Assembly (NCBI GenBank): GCA_973895155.1
Contig: OZ316891.1
Location: 1,045,324-1,109,323 of the forward strand
From: Marsupella aquatica
Lineage: Eukaryota; Plantae; Marchantiophyta
Direction of reading: 5' to 3'
DNA length: 64,000 nt
Each line of letters begins with the position of its first letter. Position 1 is the stretch's first letter. Both the position numbers and the translations under genes were made by a program. Below, piece by piece: positions 25,501-39,445 of this stretch. The notes under the pieces were generated by a model that worked only from the letters and a program-made list of their open reading frames with translations, did no database searches and was not told the DNA's origin.

Positions 25501-26497
25501 ATGGACCTGATCTTCAAATCTGATTGTCGCACAAGTCAACATTGAACAATGTGATATAAACACTTCATGGAGAGGATCTCAATTGGAAAACTCACATCCT
25601 TGGACATGGAGATCGAATTGCCGAACTTACCTAGCAACAGCACATTCAAGCACCTGACGATCCACAGTGCCCAAAAATCTGAGTTCCTGCTTAGTCGCAG
25701 CGACCAAATCTATGCTAATCTGCACCTGCTTGGCCTTCTCCCATTCCATTGAGGCCTGCCCTGGTGACGCCATCAGGCTTGATCGTCCTTAATAATCCAC
25801 CCTCCGCTCAGTCTTAATTTGCACCATGACGGAGCGAATTTCTCTTATAGTTCTCTTACATGCAGCTTACAGTGCCAAACTTTTGCTACAAGTCAGCGTG
25901 AGCACACTCTTCAAATTGAAAGCAGGGAATAGGAAAGAGAAATTTCCCTCCCAAGACTACGAAATTGACGACAATTACATGCTGGTAAAGAATCAACTGC
26001 CTTCTTCCTCTGATACTCTCTTCACTCCACTCCACCCAATAGTTTCAGCTCTACACTCCGCAGATCGCTCATGTAGGCGATGAAAATCATGAATGACGTC
26101 TGCGAGCACGCCAACGGGCCGCTCAAATTTCAGCTGTCAAATGAGTGTGCACATCGCCACACAGGTGAGAGCTGGTCAAGTCAACCAACGTTTCTGAAGC
26201 ACTCTCTGGTAAAATTCCAGAAGAATCGTTAGATCCCGCGTTAGATGCATCTCCATGCATATAACGCAGCCAAATTCTCAAGTCGAATTTACCGAGCTTT
26301 ATCGTCTGTCACGCCGAATCATTGGAAACTATGTTCGTGGCTCGTTATCGACAACCGAAGGAAACGCATGACAGACACGACACGAGCTGCAGATTCGTCG
26401 CTATGAGTAAATCCAGAACCAAACACCGGAGAAGGACTCTAATTTCCAGGCAGGTCCTTCATGGATGGATTGTCAATAGCTCACACTGAACACCATG

Positions 26498-27501
26498 AGT
26501 TAAATCTATGTCAAGTTAATGTTCTCCCACTTTTCCCCCTTAGTTAAATCTATGTCAAGTTAATGCTCTCCCACTTTCCCTGGGCGCCGTACACTTCACG
26601 TCCCAATCCCCGATGCTGCTGCCCGCTCCGGCCCAAGTTTGGCAGAACATAAACCAATATTCTACGATTTAACTCATGAGCTCCGGCCTGATCAACTTTG
26701 CGCCATCGACTTCAGGTTTATGTTTTGGCACCCAAAACTTTTTGTCGGCATTGACTTTGTGCCATCAATTTTTTGGAAAGAAGTGTTGCCAAAACATAAA
26801 ACATCACTCCATAGAGAATAAGTATTTGGCACAACATAAACCAAGACTATCAATCAAGACTCTCAACCAAAGTATTAGGCTCCCGTTGAATGCTTAGACT
26901 CTATTACAAAATAGGTATGACTCCATTGGAAAGAAGTGTTGCCAGAACATAAACCCTGACTCCATCGAGAAGAAGCATTTGGCAAAACATCTACCAAGAC
27001 TCTAGAATGATGACTCTTAACCAAAATACTAGGTTGTGCTTAGACACTTAGATTCTATTACCAAACAAGCATGACTCCCTTGGAAATATGTGTTGCCAAA
27101 ATATTAATAATCACAACTCCATAGAGAATAAGTATTTGGCACAACATAAACCAAGACACTATAAATCATGACTCTTAACCAAAGTACTAGGTTTGCCCTG
27201 AACACTTAGACTCTATTGGAAAGAAGTGTTACCAAACATAAACCAAAATTCCACAAGGAAGAAATCGATGACACAAACTTAAGTCGTCAGGCCGGAGCGA
27301 GCGAAGGTGCCAAAACATAAACCCAAAGTTGATGACCCAAAGTTTATCGGGCTGGTCCAGGAGCGCATGACAAAATGGTAGAGTATTGGTTTATGTTTTG
27401 CCAAACTTGGGCCAGAGCGGGCAGCAACATCGGGGACAGGGATGGGCAGTGTACTGCATCCCGGGAAAGTGGGGGAGCATTAACTTGACGTAGATTTAAC
27501 T
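26498..27501. mobile_element. ~1-kb non-coding foldback/MULE-like element with long imperfect TIRs and internal direct repeats
   Basis: 26542-~26735 is the imperfect reverse complement of ~27305-27501; the first 44 bp of the left arm are duplicated (26498, 26542); the interior consists of GCCAAAACATAAACC-type subrepeats; no clear TSD. Confidence 0.75.
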
Positions 27502-27689
27502 TGGGGTCACGGAACGCAAAGCCCTTTCATGACGGCACAAGCTCTATGCCCGTGCATGCACGTCGCAAGGAGGGAGTTGACCCTGGGCATTTATGGGGCA
27601 GGGAATACACATTTTTCTCATCAATAGTCACTAAAAACAACCAAGAGTGCATATTTCTTTCATCAATGGTCAGTGAAAACAGCCGGTCT

Positions 27690-27878
27690 AATTTAACAAC
27701 AGCTGTGAATCTTTCCCAACCAATTGAATCCAATGGCTGTGGATCTTTCCCGCCCAGGAGCTTTTTTATATTGGAATAAAAAGTCAAATTTAACAACAGC
27801 TGTGAATCTTTCCCAGCCAATTGAATCCAATGGCTGTGGATCTTTCCCACCCGGCCAGGAGCTTTTTTGTATTGGAAT
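27690..27878. repeat. 97-bp tandem duplication
   Basis: AATTTAACAACAGCTGTGAATCTTTCCC...ATTGGAAT at 27690 and 27787. Confidence 0.88.
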
Positions 27879-30800
27879 GAAAGACCAAAAAATGGCGGGA
27901 TCCCTTAATATAGCTGTAGATTAGGGTGTGACTGCCAAAGTAAGCCATAAGAACCATCTGCTGGTTTGCGTCTGAGTTTGGGTTCTCTGTTAATGTGACA
28001 TAAACCACAACAATGAACAAGGAAATGATAAACCATTGCAAGATCTTAGAGACTTACTTATTTTCTGAAATAGGTTTGTGGAATCCTTCAGGAGGTCATC
28101 TGTGCCCATTGAAATTCTGCCCAAGCAGAACACAAACAGGAGTTTAATGAAAAAGTGCAAGGAAGAGAGAAGCTCATCCCAAATGTTTAATTGCTTGGCT
28201 AACATAGGGGGTTTGCTCTAGCATATTGCCAATTAAAACTAAAAAATATTTCAATATATGAATATCAAGCTATTACAATTGAACTCAATTTTTGCAAAAT
28301 GTGGTCAATGGAAGTTTCAAAGACCAACCTTGTTATCTGGGCTTCAATTAACAAAGCACAAACAAAAGCTATGGCTTAACCTAGCTTCAACAGTAGACTC
28401 AAGCAGTGACTCTGGGATGGCAGAGCACTTGCAGTGGGACCCAGGGGCCCTCACTCAATAGAAAATAACCAAACCCGCTTGTAAACGACGCCCCTTATAA
28501 TAAGCTTCAATATTTTATGTGGTACTTACAAAAATTTATTAATAACTAAAATTAATAATTTAATCCTATTTATGAAAGTTAAGCCCGTATGGACCAAGAG
28601 GTTTCATTTGCCCATCCCATGGACTGTGGTCAACACACAATGCTTCACTTTACACACAAAGTTTTCATTGTCAGGCTACCTTTAGGAGGGCACTCCACTT
28701 TTGAGAAGGATGCCCCAAGTAGTTTTTCCATGTGTCTCGACCAACTGTAAAAAGTTAATTTTCAGCAAGCTTGTGCATTTATTTGGACAACTTTTGGATC
28801 TATGTTTCAGCTCAAAAGTTTCCAGCATGTCCTCTGATGTCCAATCTAGTTTTCCATTTTTTCTTTAAATCTTTATTCAATGGAGAACCAAAGAAAGAAC
28901 AAAAACCAGCCTGGGAGGAGAAGGCAGGAAAGAACAAGAGCAATTAAGGGGGCAATAAAAGGAGCACACCAGTGAAGATGAAGGGCAACCTCCACCCTGA
29001 CCCCGATGTCCAATCTAATTACCTGACAAAGTTTCATTTTTCTGAAACCATTTTCTCCATTGCCAATGAGTGCAACTATGGTCAAATATTATAAACTAAC
29101 TGCCAATGGACACTTCACTTTGTGCAGAACGCTCTCAGTACTTACTTCAGCAGGAGCACCAACTTTACCACTTTAAGGAAATTTGCTTCACTTTTGTTAA
29201 GGATGCCCTGAGTAATTTACATGATTGAGCCACAACTTGCCACCATGCATATTATTCAATGGAAACCTGTTTACATGTCACATATGAATCAAAACTGTAA
29301 AGAGTGCTATCCGAGCACATTTTGATGTTTGAGTCAGTCTATCCCAGCTTTGGAAATCCATGATTGGGGGCTTCACATGAAACCCCTCGTCCACCCAAGC
29401 TTTACTTTCTCCTATTTATAGAACCCTTCTGGTCATTTTATAATACTCTAAATTTACTATTATATGGCCTGTACGGCAGAAAGAATTTTGTTTGTGATTG
29501 CACATTGTTATTTTGCCCTTTGGTATAAACCAAAAAAAATACTCAGAACCAAAATTCACAAAACCGTCACCCCTTGGACCCCACCTTATGTAATCAAAGA
29601 TATGGGTGCGAACAAATGTAGATGGGTTTTTACATTGTTTGTGCTATCATTACATCTATTCTAAATGTTTTAAGAATAAAGTTATGGGTTCACTCTTAGT
29701 GGGCCCAAAAGTGCCACACCATAGCAATCTAGTGACTAAGAAACTTTGTTTACTATAGGTAAACATTAAACAATGTATTTGTCCCAATCATGGTGGGACA
29801 TGTCGGCCTTCGCGATACATGGCGTGCCCATATTAATTGCCCTTGAGAAAGCTACTCGAGAAGCTTGTTTAGAAGTAACACATTTAGTCATTATGACCAG
29901 ACACGCCATTTCTAAAAAATAGACAATATATCTGAAAAATGAGTTACAAAACAATTGTGCCTTTTGCACCAGGCTCCATACTAAGGGTTAGGGCTTGGAC
30001 ACTATGAGCACACTGCCTAATAAACATGGATACCATAGTCTCTTCAGTCCCTAAGACAGGCATTGGAACTTGTTTAAAAACTTCAACAGCTAGCCATGCC
30101 AAAAGATTGCATAACCAAAGGTCTAGTACTACATTGCAAACAAAACAGTTGGCATCACTACCACAAACTGTATCTTCAATATGACAAACAACATATACAT
30201 GATCTTTGACAGTACGATTATTTTTTATTAGACTGAGAGGCAAAATATATATTCAAAACTACACACACACACACACACACATGATGTACCATTCAACTTG
30301 TAAAGTAGGGAAAGAAAAGGAATGGGGAATGATATTTTCCAAAAATTACTCATCTGCATTGCCAAGATACCCGGGGTCCTCACTTCTTTTCTCCCAACCC
30401 CATTGTGCATAGAGAAGTTTGGTATTTTCTAATTCAATTCGGCAAAAGACTTTTAAATTTTGTGTTGAAGAAAACTAGGGGTGTTTTAATCCAATTTTGA
30501 CAATTATAAGACCTGTAGAATTGTTGATGATTGTTTTTAATCACATGCAGGTGGGTACAACAATGAAAGAAGGGGATTGTACCTGTGATTGTAAAAGGTA
30601 TTTTGGGGGGATTCATCTAAACGCGTGATAGTTTTGGGGGTAAACTTTTGCAAAAATGGCACATCTTATGCTCATGAAACCCCTGGGGCCCGCCCTGAGG
30701 CTATTTTTTCTCTGATTTTGTTTGGCATTTGAATAAAAACTTGTTTCAGGAATTTGGCAGACATTGTTTGGTCTGTCCGGCATTCAAATGAAAACATATT

Positions 30801-32565
30801 GCAGAGTTGAAATATAGACTATACTAGCCCCAACTACCCGTTCTTTGAATGTGAATATATAGCGGGGAGGACAATAAAATTGTCACCAAATATGTTCTTT
30901 ATTCACATTTTTTGAAGGTTAATGAAATGATAAAAAAAACCATCATACATGTCATCATTTTAATAATCATACATAACATACCATACTTTTTTCTATGCAC
31001 ACATGTTATGGTGGGGCTATGGAGCTCATTTTTTAATATAAATAGAATTCATGATAAAAAGTATGTATGATTATCAATTTTCATATATCATAGTCATGTA
31101 AGTTACAGTCTAGCTCAGGCTTCACTCTAGAAGCTAGGCCCCAACTCTAGCTTGTGGTTGGTGAAGTAGGATTATAAGTAAGATTCCTAGAACTTTAACA
31201 TCATAAAAAGGGGGATTTAACTTAGCGAGGCTAGGTTTACATGTGGTATCTCAAAATATACACTTATTTAACCCCCACTATAATCCCTTGAAGCTAGAAC
31301 TTGGAGAATCAAGTAACACAATGGCAAGAAAAATTAACATGCAAAAAATTCTACATGGATTGTCACCTACAATTTTTTCTGGTCATCCCATAGAAAGAAG
31401 AGGTCTGACATCTATACAGTGGAAAATGTAGAAAACAGTTGTTGCCCTAAATTCTCTTTGTACATCATTCAGTTGAATAGAGTGGAATATATTATTGGCA
31501 TCAGACAGGTGAATTGTATACCCGAGATCTTATATATTTAAGGACTGCACAATTTCTTTGATCTTAGATCCCATAGACGGTCATAATGGGACTTGTGCTA
31601 CTAAAGGACAATAACATTTCAAGATCGAGAGCACAGATTCTTGAAATTAAATACTGTTAAGACTATGTTGTGATCACATTTGCTCCTAATGTAAACCATA
31701 TAATGGAAGTGATGCTCGAAAGGTCACCAAAATATACTCATTATCTCCAAAAATTAGTTGTATGTACATGCACATTGATTCAGAAATATTTCCTTTGTAT
31801 GAATGCTCTATCACAAAGTGTTGGTCCATCAAAGTACATGGCAGTTGTAGTGGACAACCTCCCAATCTAGCTAGGCTTCCATTTCCTGACCAATATACAC
31901 TTATTTAACCAGGCCCTGCACGGCCAAAGCTATGTGGTCACAATACCCTGAACAATATAGTTTGTGACAATACTATCGAAGTAAGTTAGCTGACAATATT
32001 TTATGCTGGACAACATTCTGCCTAATGTTTTGGACCCCATACTGGACTAAAGTCCAACAGTAAAAACCGTACAAAAAAACAATTCAATTCTCCAGTGCTC
32101 AATGGGCCACGCTGGGTTTCTGGGGAGTCCATTTCTCCTTCCATTTGAGGACTTGACATTCTCAATTCAGTTATGAGCCCTTGACTAGGGTATATGGATC
32201 CTATTAGTGGAGTAGGGTGAACAGTAAAATAGTTCCATCCAGGTTTGGGTGGTCAATTCTTCACGATCAGCCATGACCCTTGTATTCTGCCTGGCTTTCA
32301 AATGGACTATTTCACATCATTCAGTGAAGAAGAGCATCGCCCCCCCTTTGTAGGTTGCCTGCGCCGGATGCTGGCTATAATTAAAGTTACGGAAAACAGT
32401 GGATGCTGGCTATAATTAAAGTTACGGAAAACAGTGGTGCACAAGAGAAGGACATTACAGACTTTCATTTGAAAGTGGGAGACCGTAGTCCCCTTCTTTG
32501 ACAAACAAAACGCTTAAAGTCCCCATTGTTATTTGCAGGATCATTCTTGCACATCAGGTGCCTCC

Positions 32566-35500
32566 TCATCCTCCACCACATCCTCCACAACCCCCACCGC
32601 AACTCCCACCTCCACAACCTCCAGAAGATGAACATGCTCCACCTCCACAAGAACTCGCAGTGCAGGCCCCACCCCCGCACCCAGCACCATAGATTTGGGC
32701 ATTATAAATATCTTGGCTCCTTAGCTGCCACCAGAATACGGAGTAGTAGTAGAGCAGCGAGGAGTTATCTGTCTCCCAGTCATAAGCTTCTTGGTTTGAG
32801 GAGCGCCTCCTCCACTGGTCTGACAACCCATTTCTCTTGAGCTGTATCGCACCTGCACAACCATATGGCACATCTTAGAAAAGCAGACGAATATAGCTAG
32901 GTCATGACCCATGTGATTGGCTTCGTTACATGTTTGTGCCTCTCACATAGTTGTAAGCGGGGTTGTAAGCACCAAAATCCCACTGAGATCGATGATGGAG
33001 ATTTTCACTCAACAGCCCTGGCCCTCACAATGTAGGAACCACCACGCCATCTTGAGACTGTGTTCCCATCTCACACAATGTTCTTGATCTGTCCTGGCTT
33101 GAGCGGGTACCAGAAATTCAGCTGGGAAGATCAGCAAGCGACTTTAAGAAACACCTGTGTACTGGCGTTTGCGTTATTTCATCCCGATCAGACCAGTTGA
33201 AATGTTTATGAACCAATTTTCCAAGCACCACCATTGATCAATGCTTAAGATGTCAAACAAGCATTCGTTCCTGTCACTTGAAGGACTGTCTGCCAGATCA
33301 CTTCATTTTTACTTGTAACTCACCCAGATGACCGTCACCGGAGGGTCGTTCGCGTCTTTTAGGTGGAGCTTCATTTGAGGGTTGAAAATTCATATCCAAC
33401 AAGGATGCAATGATTGCACTGGCAAGTAGCAAAACCAATATCACGTTTTCTTCTGGTTTCACCTGCAACGCACAATAAATCCATACCCAGGCACTTAATC
33501 ACCTTTCTGTGCCAACTCTCCTACCACAAAGTTTTCCATCTTTATCTGGAGTCATTATACGATCCCTCAACTGAGAAAGCCCCATTATATTGAAGGATAT
33601 ATCCCACATGAATCTATGCATTAAAAGAGTTTACACACAGAAGCCATTGAAGCCAACAAGAGAAACTCTCAAAAGAGTTGAATGATGGAAATACCTCAAT
33701 AGATGCTGTCTGCCAAGCGATGAGTGCTGTAGCTTTCCCCATCGGAGCATCTGGAGTGTAGCGGATCAGTGTAAGATACTTATGCTCGTGATTGCTCTGC
33801 CCACGTGCTATCTCATACTCCAACCATCTCCCACTCAGTAATCGCATCTGCAGCATACCTTACGGGACATTAGAAATAGGCCATCCTAAACAATTAACTA
33901 CCTAAAGTTTAAGTTTCAAGATTTTCAAAATAAAGTCAACGTTCAACAATCAGGCAATGACAGATAAGGCTATTCTGTGCTACGCTATTGCACTTGTAAT
34001 ACAGACATATCTGACATTTTAGGAAGATGTGTGATAATGTAAGGGACGTCTCCTTCCATTAAAGAGATGGATTAGAACAGAAAGAGCCACGAAGAAAACA
34101 ATGCATCTATGGGTGGATTTCTGGAAAAGATTACCGGGTAGCCTGTAACACCGGGTACTGCTCGGAGCTCACAATTTAGACTTCCGCCGTATACTGGTCT
34201 ATGCACAGTAAGCATAGCAAGCCCGTCAAACAATGACCAGTTTCTTTTAATTCTAACCTCTCCTTGTTCAACACCCAGCTGATTTGCTTGGCCCACCCCT
34301 ACAAGAAAGTTGAATTCAAAATGATCAGTCCATTTAGATGATCGGCATGCATTGTAGCATGGCCGTTGCAACCTGCATGATTGGCTTAGATTTTCTCCTG
34401 GCTGGTTAAAGCACTGATCGTCCCAATACAGAGTTCCCAGTGAGAAAGCAACTCGGAAAGCAACATTTGGCTTCATAAAATTACTATCAACTACACCTCC
34501 GAGCCACCCGACCTGTTCTTATACGAGTCATATATGGTAACTCAATTTTCTCCCTCCGTCTTCTGCTCATAAGATAATCCCTTGCAGTGCATTCTTGAGT
34601 TCTAGCAAGAAGAAATTAATGATGTCCACTGTCGTAATTAAAGCTTATGACCACTGTAGGGCCTTTAAATCTAGTTTGAAGAACGTCGTGGTCAGTAATG
34701 CCCAATATGGTAAGATCCTACGGGCCCAGAATGACTATATATCCCTTGGGACAATTAATGGGGACCGTATTACCCTAAACTCCTGGTGGTGGCCGAAGAA
34801 TTATTAATGCACACACTTACGAAGGGACGGCGCCTCAACAAGAGACTGGTGTTGATAGTTTTCTGTTTGGCTGTGTGACAGTTTTCTCAGTGGCCCTTCA
34901 TGTACTTCGATAGCTGTTTCCGCCCCAGAAACCCTTGCTGGCTGGATTTTCTTTACCTTTGCTCCCTTCGCCCACCTGGAAATCATTTTCAACGGGGTCA
35001 ATATATGATCTCTACTTAATGCAGGAGTCTACTGACATTGAAGTGGACGACAATTGTTGAATGATCTCTAAGCAGGACAATAATCGTTTTCGCAAACTAG
35101 ACCAGGTTCCCTTGCACATACCGCTCCAACCTTTGTTGTGCAGATCTTAAAACCGGGTTTTGAAAACACCTACTGATCGGACTACGTGGGAAGGGCTTAC
35201 AGAGAGCCAAATTGAGCCTACTCCCTTTCGCTGAAGGTCCGGATATGCTCTCTTGAAAGTGCATGATAAGAAAGTCCCATGCTGGACTTTATCAGCTGAC
35301 AGAAATTAATTCGCTTTCCCCGCCTTCAGCATGATTCCGGGTCCGAGATTTGGGGCCCCCTGAACACTGGTGACCTTTGAATCCTGATCATCTAGTCATT
35401 CATTTCAGTTATTCATTTGATGTGGAAATCCAGACGGCTCACTCCATCCTTGTGTACATACCTCGTCCGGACAACAAACCATTCCTTGCCACTGTGGTCC

Positions 35501-38500
35501 ATAACACTCCTTGTAATCCAGCGTCCTTCTTGTCTAACTTTATTGGCCGGCACCAACTTGGCGACTTGAAGGCCCTTGTCATCAGTAACAGGCGCTGGCA
35601 GCATACGGAAAATGTGAGGTGCAGGCGTTGGAGGCGTAATTGTCATGGAGAAGTGAAGTTTGGGAGGACCATCATGGAACTGTAGCACCATATCATTGTT
35701 GGTATCAACAAATTACCAAATCTTGATGCAATCGGGTTTTTCAACCCAAGCCAGTGCATTTAGTGCAACGACTTCACAACACTCGTAAAACTTCCTATCT
35801 GGTCGAGTGTACTCCGTTTTTTTTTTAACTCACTCACTTGTGTTGCAAAGATATTCCAGGAGGTCCCCTCTTGCAGGCATAGTTAAGCATGTAGCTGCGG
35901 ACCATTACATATCACATTATTAAGCGGTAGAACTTTATTTTCTCATTATTTTCTACTTTGATTCTAGTTTTCGGGGCTTGCATTTCACCTCTTCTTTTGA
36001 GTTTTGAATTGTCCTCCCTGGACCTATCCTGCTTTTACTCCATTGTAGATTGTTTGGGCCCTATTTAGTACATTGGTACTTGCAGGTGTAACATTAAAAA
36101 AAAAAAAAAATTAAGAGGAAAGTACGCGAAAAGAATGTAGACCAAGCCTACGTCTCGAGAAGTCTTGGAACAAACCCTTTTGAAACTAAGCGCCATGGAG
36201 ACCCATTTCGTAAGAGAAAGCCCTGAAGTGGAATTCAATAGGTCTCTTTGCCACTCGATGGAAACCTCTCCGATGGATTCGGCTTTCTTAGTGGACTCTG
36301 ACATCATCAAAGCCTTTAACTTATGCAGCAAGCTTCTCTGTTCGCCATCAACGCGTACTCTTTCAGTGAAAGTCATAAGTTCCATGCGTAGGCCCTGCGT
36401 TCAAATTTTGAACAAGTAAGCATAAGATACCATCAATTAGTCAAGAAGAATTCAACAATTCGTACTAGAAAGCTCTGTGCGGCCTCACATTGTCACAGGT
36501 TAGTTCGAAAACTGTACATAAAACAAAATTCTTCAAGCTAAATCTGAATTTAGTGTAAAGGTTAACAATCTTCATCTCTCTATCCTTGTGCACGCTGTAC
36601 ACGCGACAAAATCAAAGAAGATGTGTACATGATTGAGTGACCGAAAACTATCACGCACGAAAACTAAAGAGGTTCTACGTGCCTATTGCTAAATGGTTGG
36701 AATCAACTCAAAACCTTAAAGCGGTTACGGGCAGCAATATCCCATAATATTAACAGTTAAATTTCTCTCCTCCAATTGACCAAAATCTTCCTATTACCTT
36801 TGTGGATAGCTCCGCTTCAAAGGAGAATCCTTCATTCCATGTAACCTCGTGTTCAGTGGAAGCTGAGGAACAAGCAACCGTGGCTGTGGTGAGCTTCAGG
36901 TCAGGGCATTTTCTCAATGGCGACACCTTGAGAAAGTAACGACTTCTACGCCCGGACTTTGGTGTGGGATGAACATTTGCGGCACCTAATACCACCAAGT
37001 TAACCTGCAAAGATATATAGAAACTCTCATACTTTAATCCTCTCCCCAGCTATAGTGGGTTTCAACGCTCATCTCCCGAATGCGTGTCGGGCAAATGACT
37101 GTCCTGGGTTCATCAAAAGACTTCTCATGACGTGTTAGAACAGAAAGGCGAGTCTCTCTACAATGCAAAAAAGCAGTTTCACACGACTGTGAAACACCGT
37201 CTGAAGTTCATACCTGCACTGTCTGCCTCTGGGATCGTACTTGTCCCAGCTGCAGCTGATTCACTGGATAACGCAATTCGGGATCAGCATTCGGAGTCGG
37301 AGGGGCTGCTCTAGTTGGCTCTGATCCTCTGTACAAAGAGCCTGCATGCTCATACACCGTGCCAAACGTAGCCTGCCAAGGTGACAATGACATTCAGTTG
37401 CGTAGTTATTTTTCGGTACAAGATACGAGTCAATGTCACCGCTTCGTTTCTCAATTTTCACAGAATTAGCCCTTACATTTTATTCGTCCTCCATTTTATT
37501 CTAGGATCAGTTATGTAATTTTAATTCTTCACCAACTGAAGTCTTGCCGTAAAGCTGAGATATTCATGCTTTAATTTGTAGGTGCTGCCTTGGTGAGTAA
37601 ACTCTTCGAAGTACTGTTGTTTGGATTCGCTCATTGATCGGAAAGATTTCCCACCAGGATTTGAACGAGTTAATCCTCCAGGTTTATAAACGCAACACCT
37701 ACTGCAATTGTTAATAAGAACATTTTTCCTGCTATGTTCAAAAAGAGTAATGCATGGTGAAACTAGTTACCCACCAGCCATTGCTGACAAGTATCAACAA
37801 AGCTGGTCTGCAACTTTGCACCGGCCTCCCGATTGCTGTCAGAGTCGTCATGATCCAGAACTGTTCCCATGCAAACGACTGTATCTGCTCGGTAGGCAGT
37901 GGGAAAGAGCTGGTGCGAGTGCCACAATAGGTCGATGTCGTAAGTGGGGACAACAAACGGCCGTGGACCACCTTGGGCCTCCTTTTCCTTCGCCAGTTTT
38001 ATGAGGTGAAGGAATCCTCGGTACCTAGCCAGAGCCACCTGCAGATATACGTCTTCATACATCCATGGCCGGCATACCTGCAGATGTGAGTTCCACTTAA
38101 ATTAGAAGGGTCTAATCCTTGATCAAAAAATCAAGTCGAGTTTCCCTTTCAAGTTCTGAGTTACCAGAATTTCCCCTGCCTCACGGAGTTACTGCAGATT
38201 TCATTGGGTTTGGTGACAACCTATTCCTACGCGCAAACTAGCAATGTGGCTTCTTCTTTGTTTCAGTCGTTCCAATCTCTAGTTCTGGGCTTTCGTTTCG
38301 AACTCAAGTGCATTTTCTCTGGTCCGCGTTCGAATTCAGTGGACTTTCATTTCCTTCACTTCAACAAATCTAACTTCGAAAGACCATGACCTAACAACAA
38401 CCACTTTCCGCCGTCGTTTAAGTTATTTGTAATTTTCAACACCAGGATTCATAATTGTCCTGAGTAACAACTGACCTGGTAATAAAAAGAAGTCTGCCTT

Positions 38501-39445
38501 TGATTGCCGCAATTAGATCATAAGCAATTGTAAGTTTATTCGGCAGAGCATCAAACTTCTGCTGCTGTTGCCCAGACGCACCATCACCGGCTCTGATGAA
38601 ATCGTAAGGTATATCTGGGTAAGCAGTAGTCCAGACTTGGGTGGCGACCATTGTTATGTTTGAACCTGGAGGACCAACATCGACAAGCTTTCCAAAAAGT
38701 TGCAGGCAATCCTTTGAATATTGCACCTGCAGAGAAAAATAAATGCAATCATGCTATTAGTACGTTCGGTACTGAAACCGATAAATCAACTGGCCGGCCT
38801 TGCAGGACCTTCTCCAAATATTTTCTCCAAGAACAAAGGCCTTCCAAGGAGAGTGCCTGGTAATTGTTTAGTTAGAGAAATTGCACACAACAGTCAGCGG
38901 AGAGCTCACGTGACAGAGAACGAACGAGATTAATTCAGAATCTTACTGGATTGAGCTTATGGCAATGCCACACCCATGCACAATCAAGGGGTGGTTGCAG
39001 CGCATCACTGGGCGTGTATTTGCTCGCAAGGGGAAGCCAACAGTTCAAATATCTGCACCCAAGCAGTCACCAAGGTCACTTTAGCATCCGCAATTCCAAT
39101 GAGCTATAGGTCCAGCTTTCTTAACCTGAATAGAGAGCAACCAAATGATGGACCTGATCTTCAAATCTGATCGTCGCACAATTCAACATTGACAATGATT
39201 GAGATACAAATAGATTCATGAAGAGGAGTCTCTCAATTGGAAAACCCACGTCCTTTGACACGGAGAATTGCCCCGGCGTACCTAGTAACAGCACGTTCAA
39301 GCACCTGACGACTCTTGAGCGCAGGAGTGCGGTCCACAGTGCCCAAAAATTTGAGTTCCTGCTTAGCCGCAGCGACCAAATCTATGCTAATCTGCACCTG
39401 CTTGGCCTTTTCCCACTCTACTGAGGCCTGCGATCTTGATGCCAT
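32566..39445 (-). CDS. Glycine-rich domain-containing protein (GRDP/DUF1399), copy 2; multi-exon, with an apparent 1-nt frameshift in exon 3
   Basis: MASRSQASVEWEKAKQVQISIDLVAAAKQELKFL; YLNCWLPL..PPLDCAWVWHCHKLNP; VPTYDIDLLWHSHQL; C-terminal GAGCGGGAC..GGCGGGSCGGGCGGCGGG stop, typical of plant GRDP1/2; internal exon boundaries not all resolved. Confidence 0.85.

Larger units (their letters stand above)
8427..25773 (-). pseudogene. Glycine-rich domain-containing protein (GRDP/DUF1399), copy 1; multi-exon, TE-interrupted, 3' end apparently lost or diverged
   Basis: ATG at 25773 (MASPGQASMEWEKAKQVQISIDLVAA); exons encode YLNCWLPL..PPLDCAWVWH, AIDRQTSFYYQ, ARYRGFLHL..VPTYDIDLLWHSR and TLIRYTPDAPMGKATA; collinear with copy 2. 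The copia sits at the 3' end and no Gly-rich tail is visible. Lower boundary approximate; functional status uncertain. Confidence 0.75.

Noticed and set aside
26760-27250. CRISPR-like appearance of repeated blocks
   Set aside because: Units are degenerate, the spacers are themselves repeated, there are no cas genes and the context is eukaryotic; these are internal repeats of the foldback element
30260-30280. (CA)n microsatellite
   Set aside because: Ordinary short simple repeat
32366-32436. 35-bp exact duplication downstream of GRDP copy 2
   Set aside because: Simple slippage duplication with no further structure
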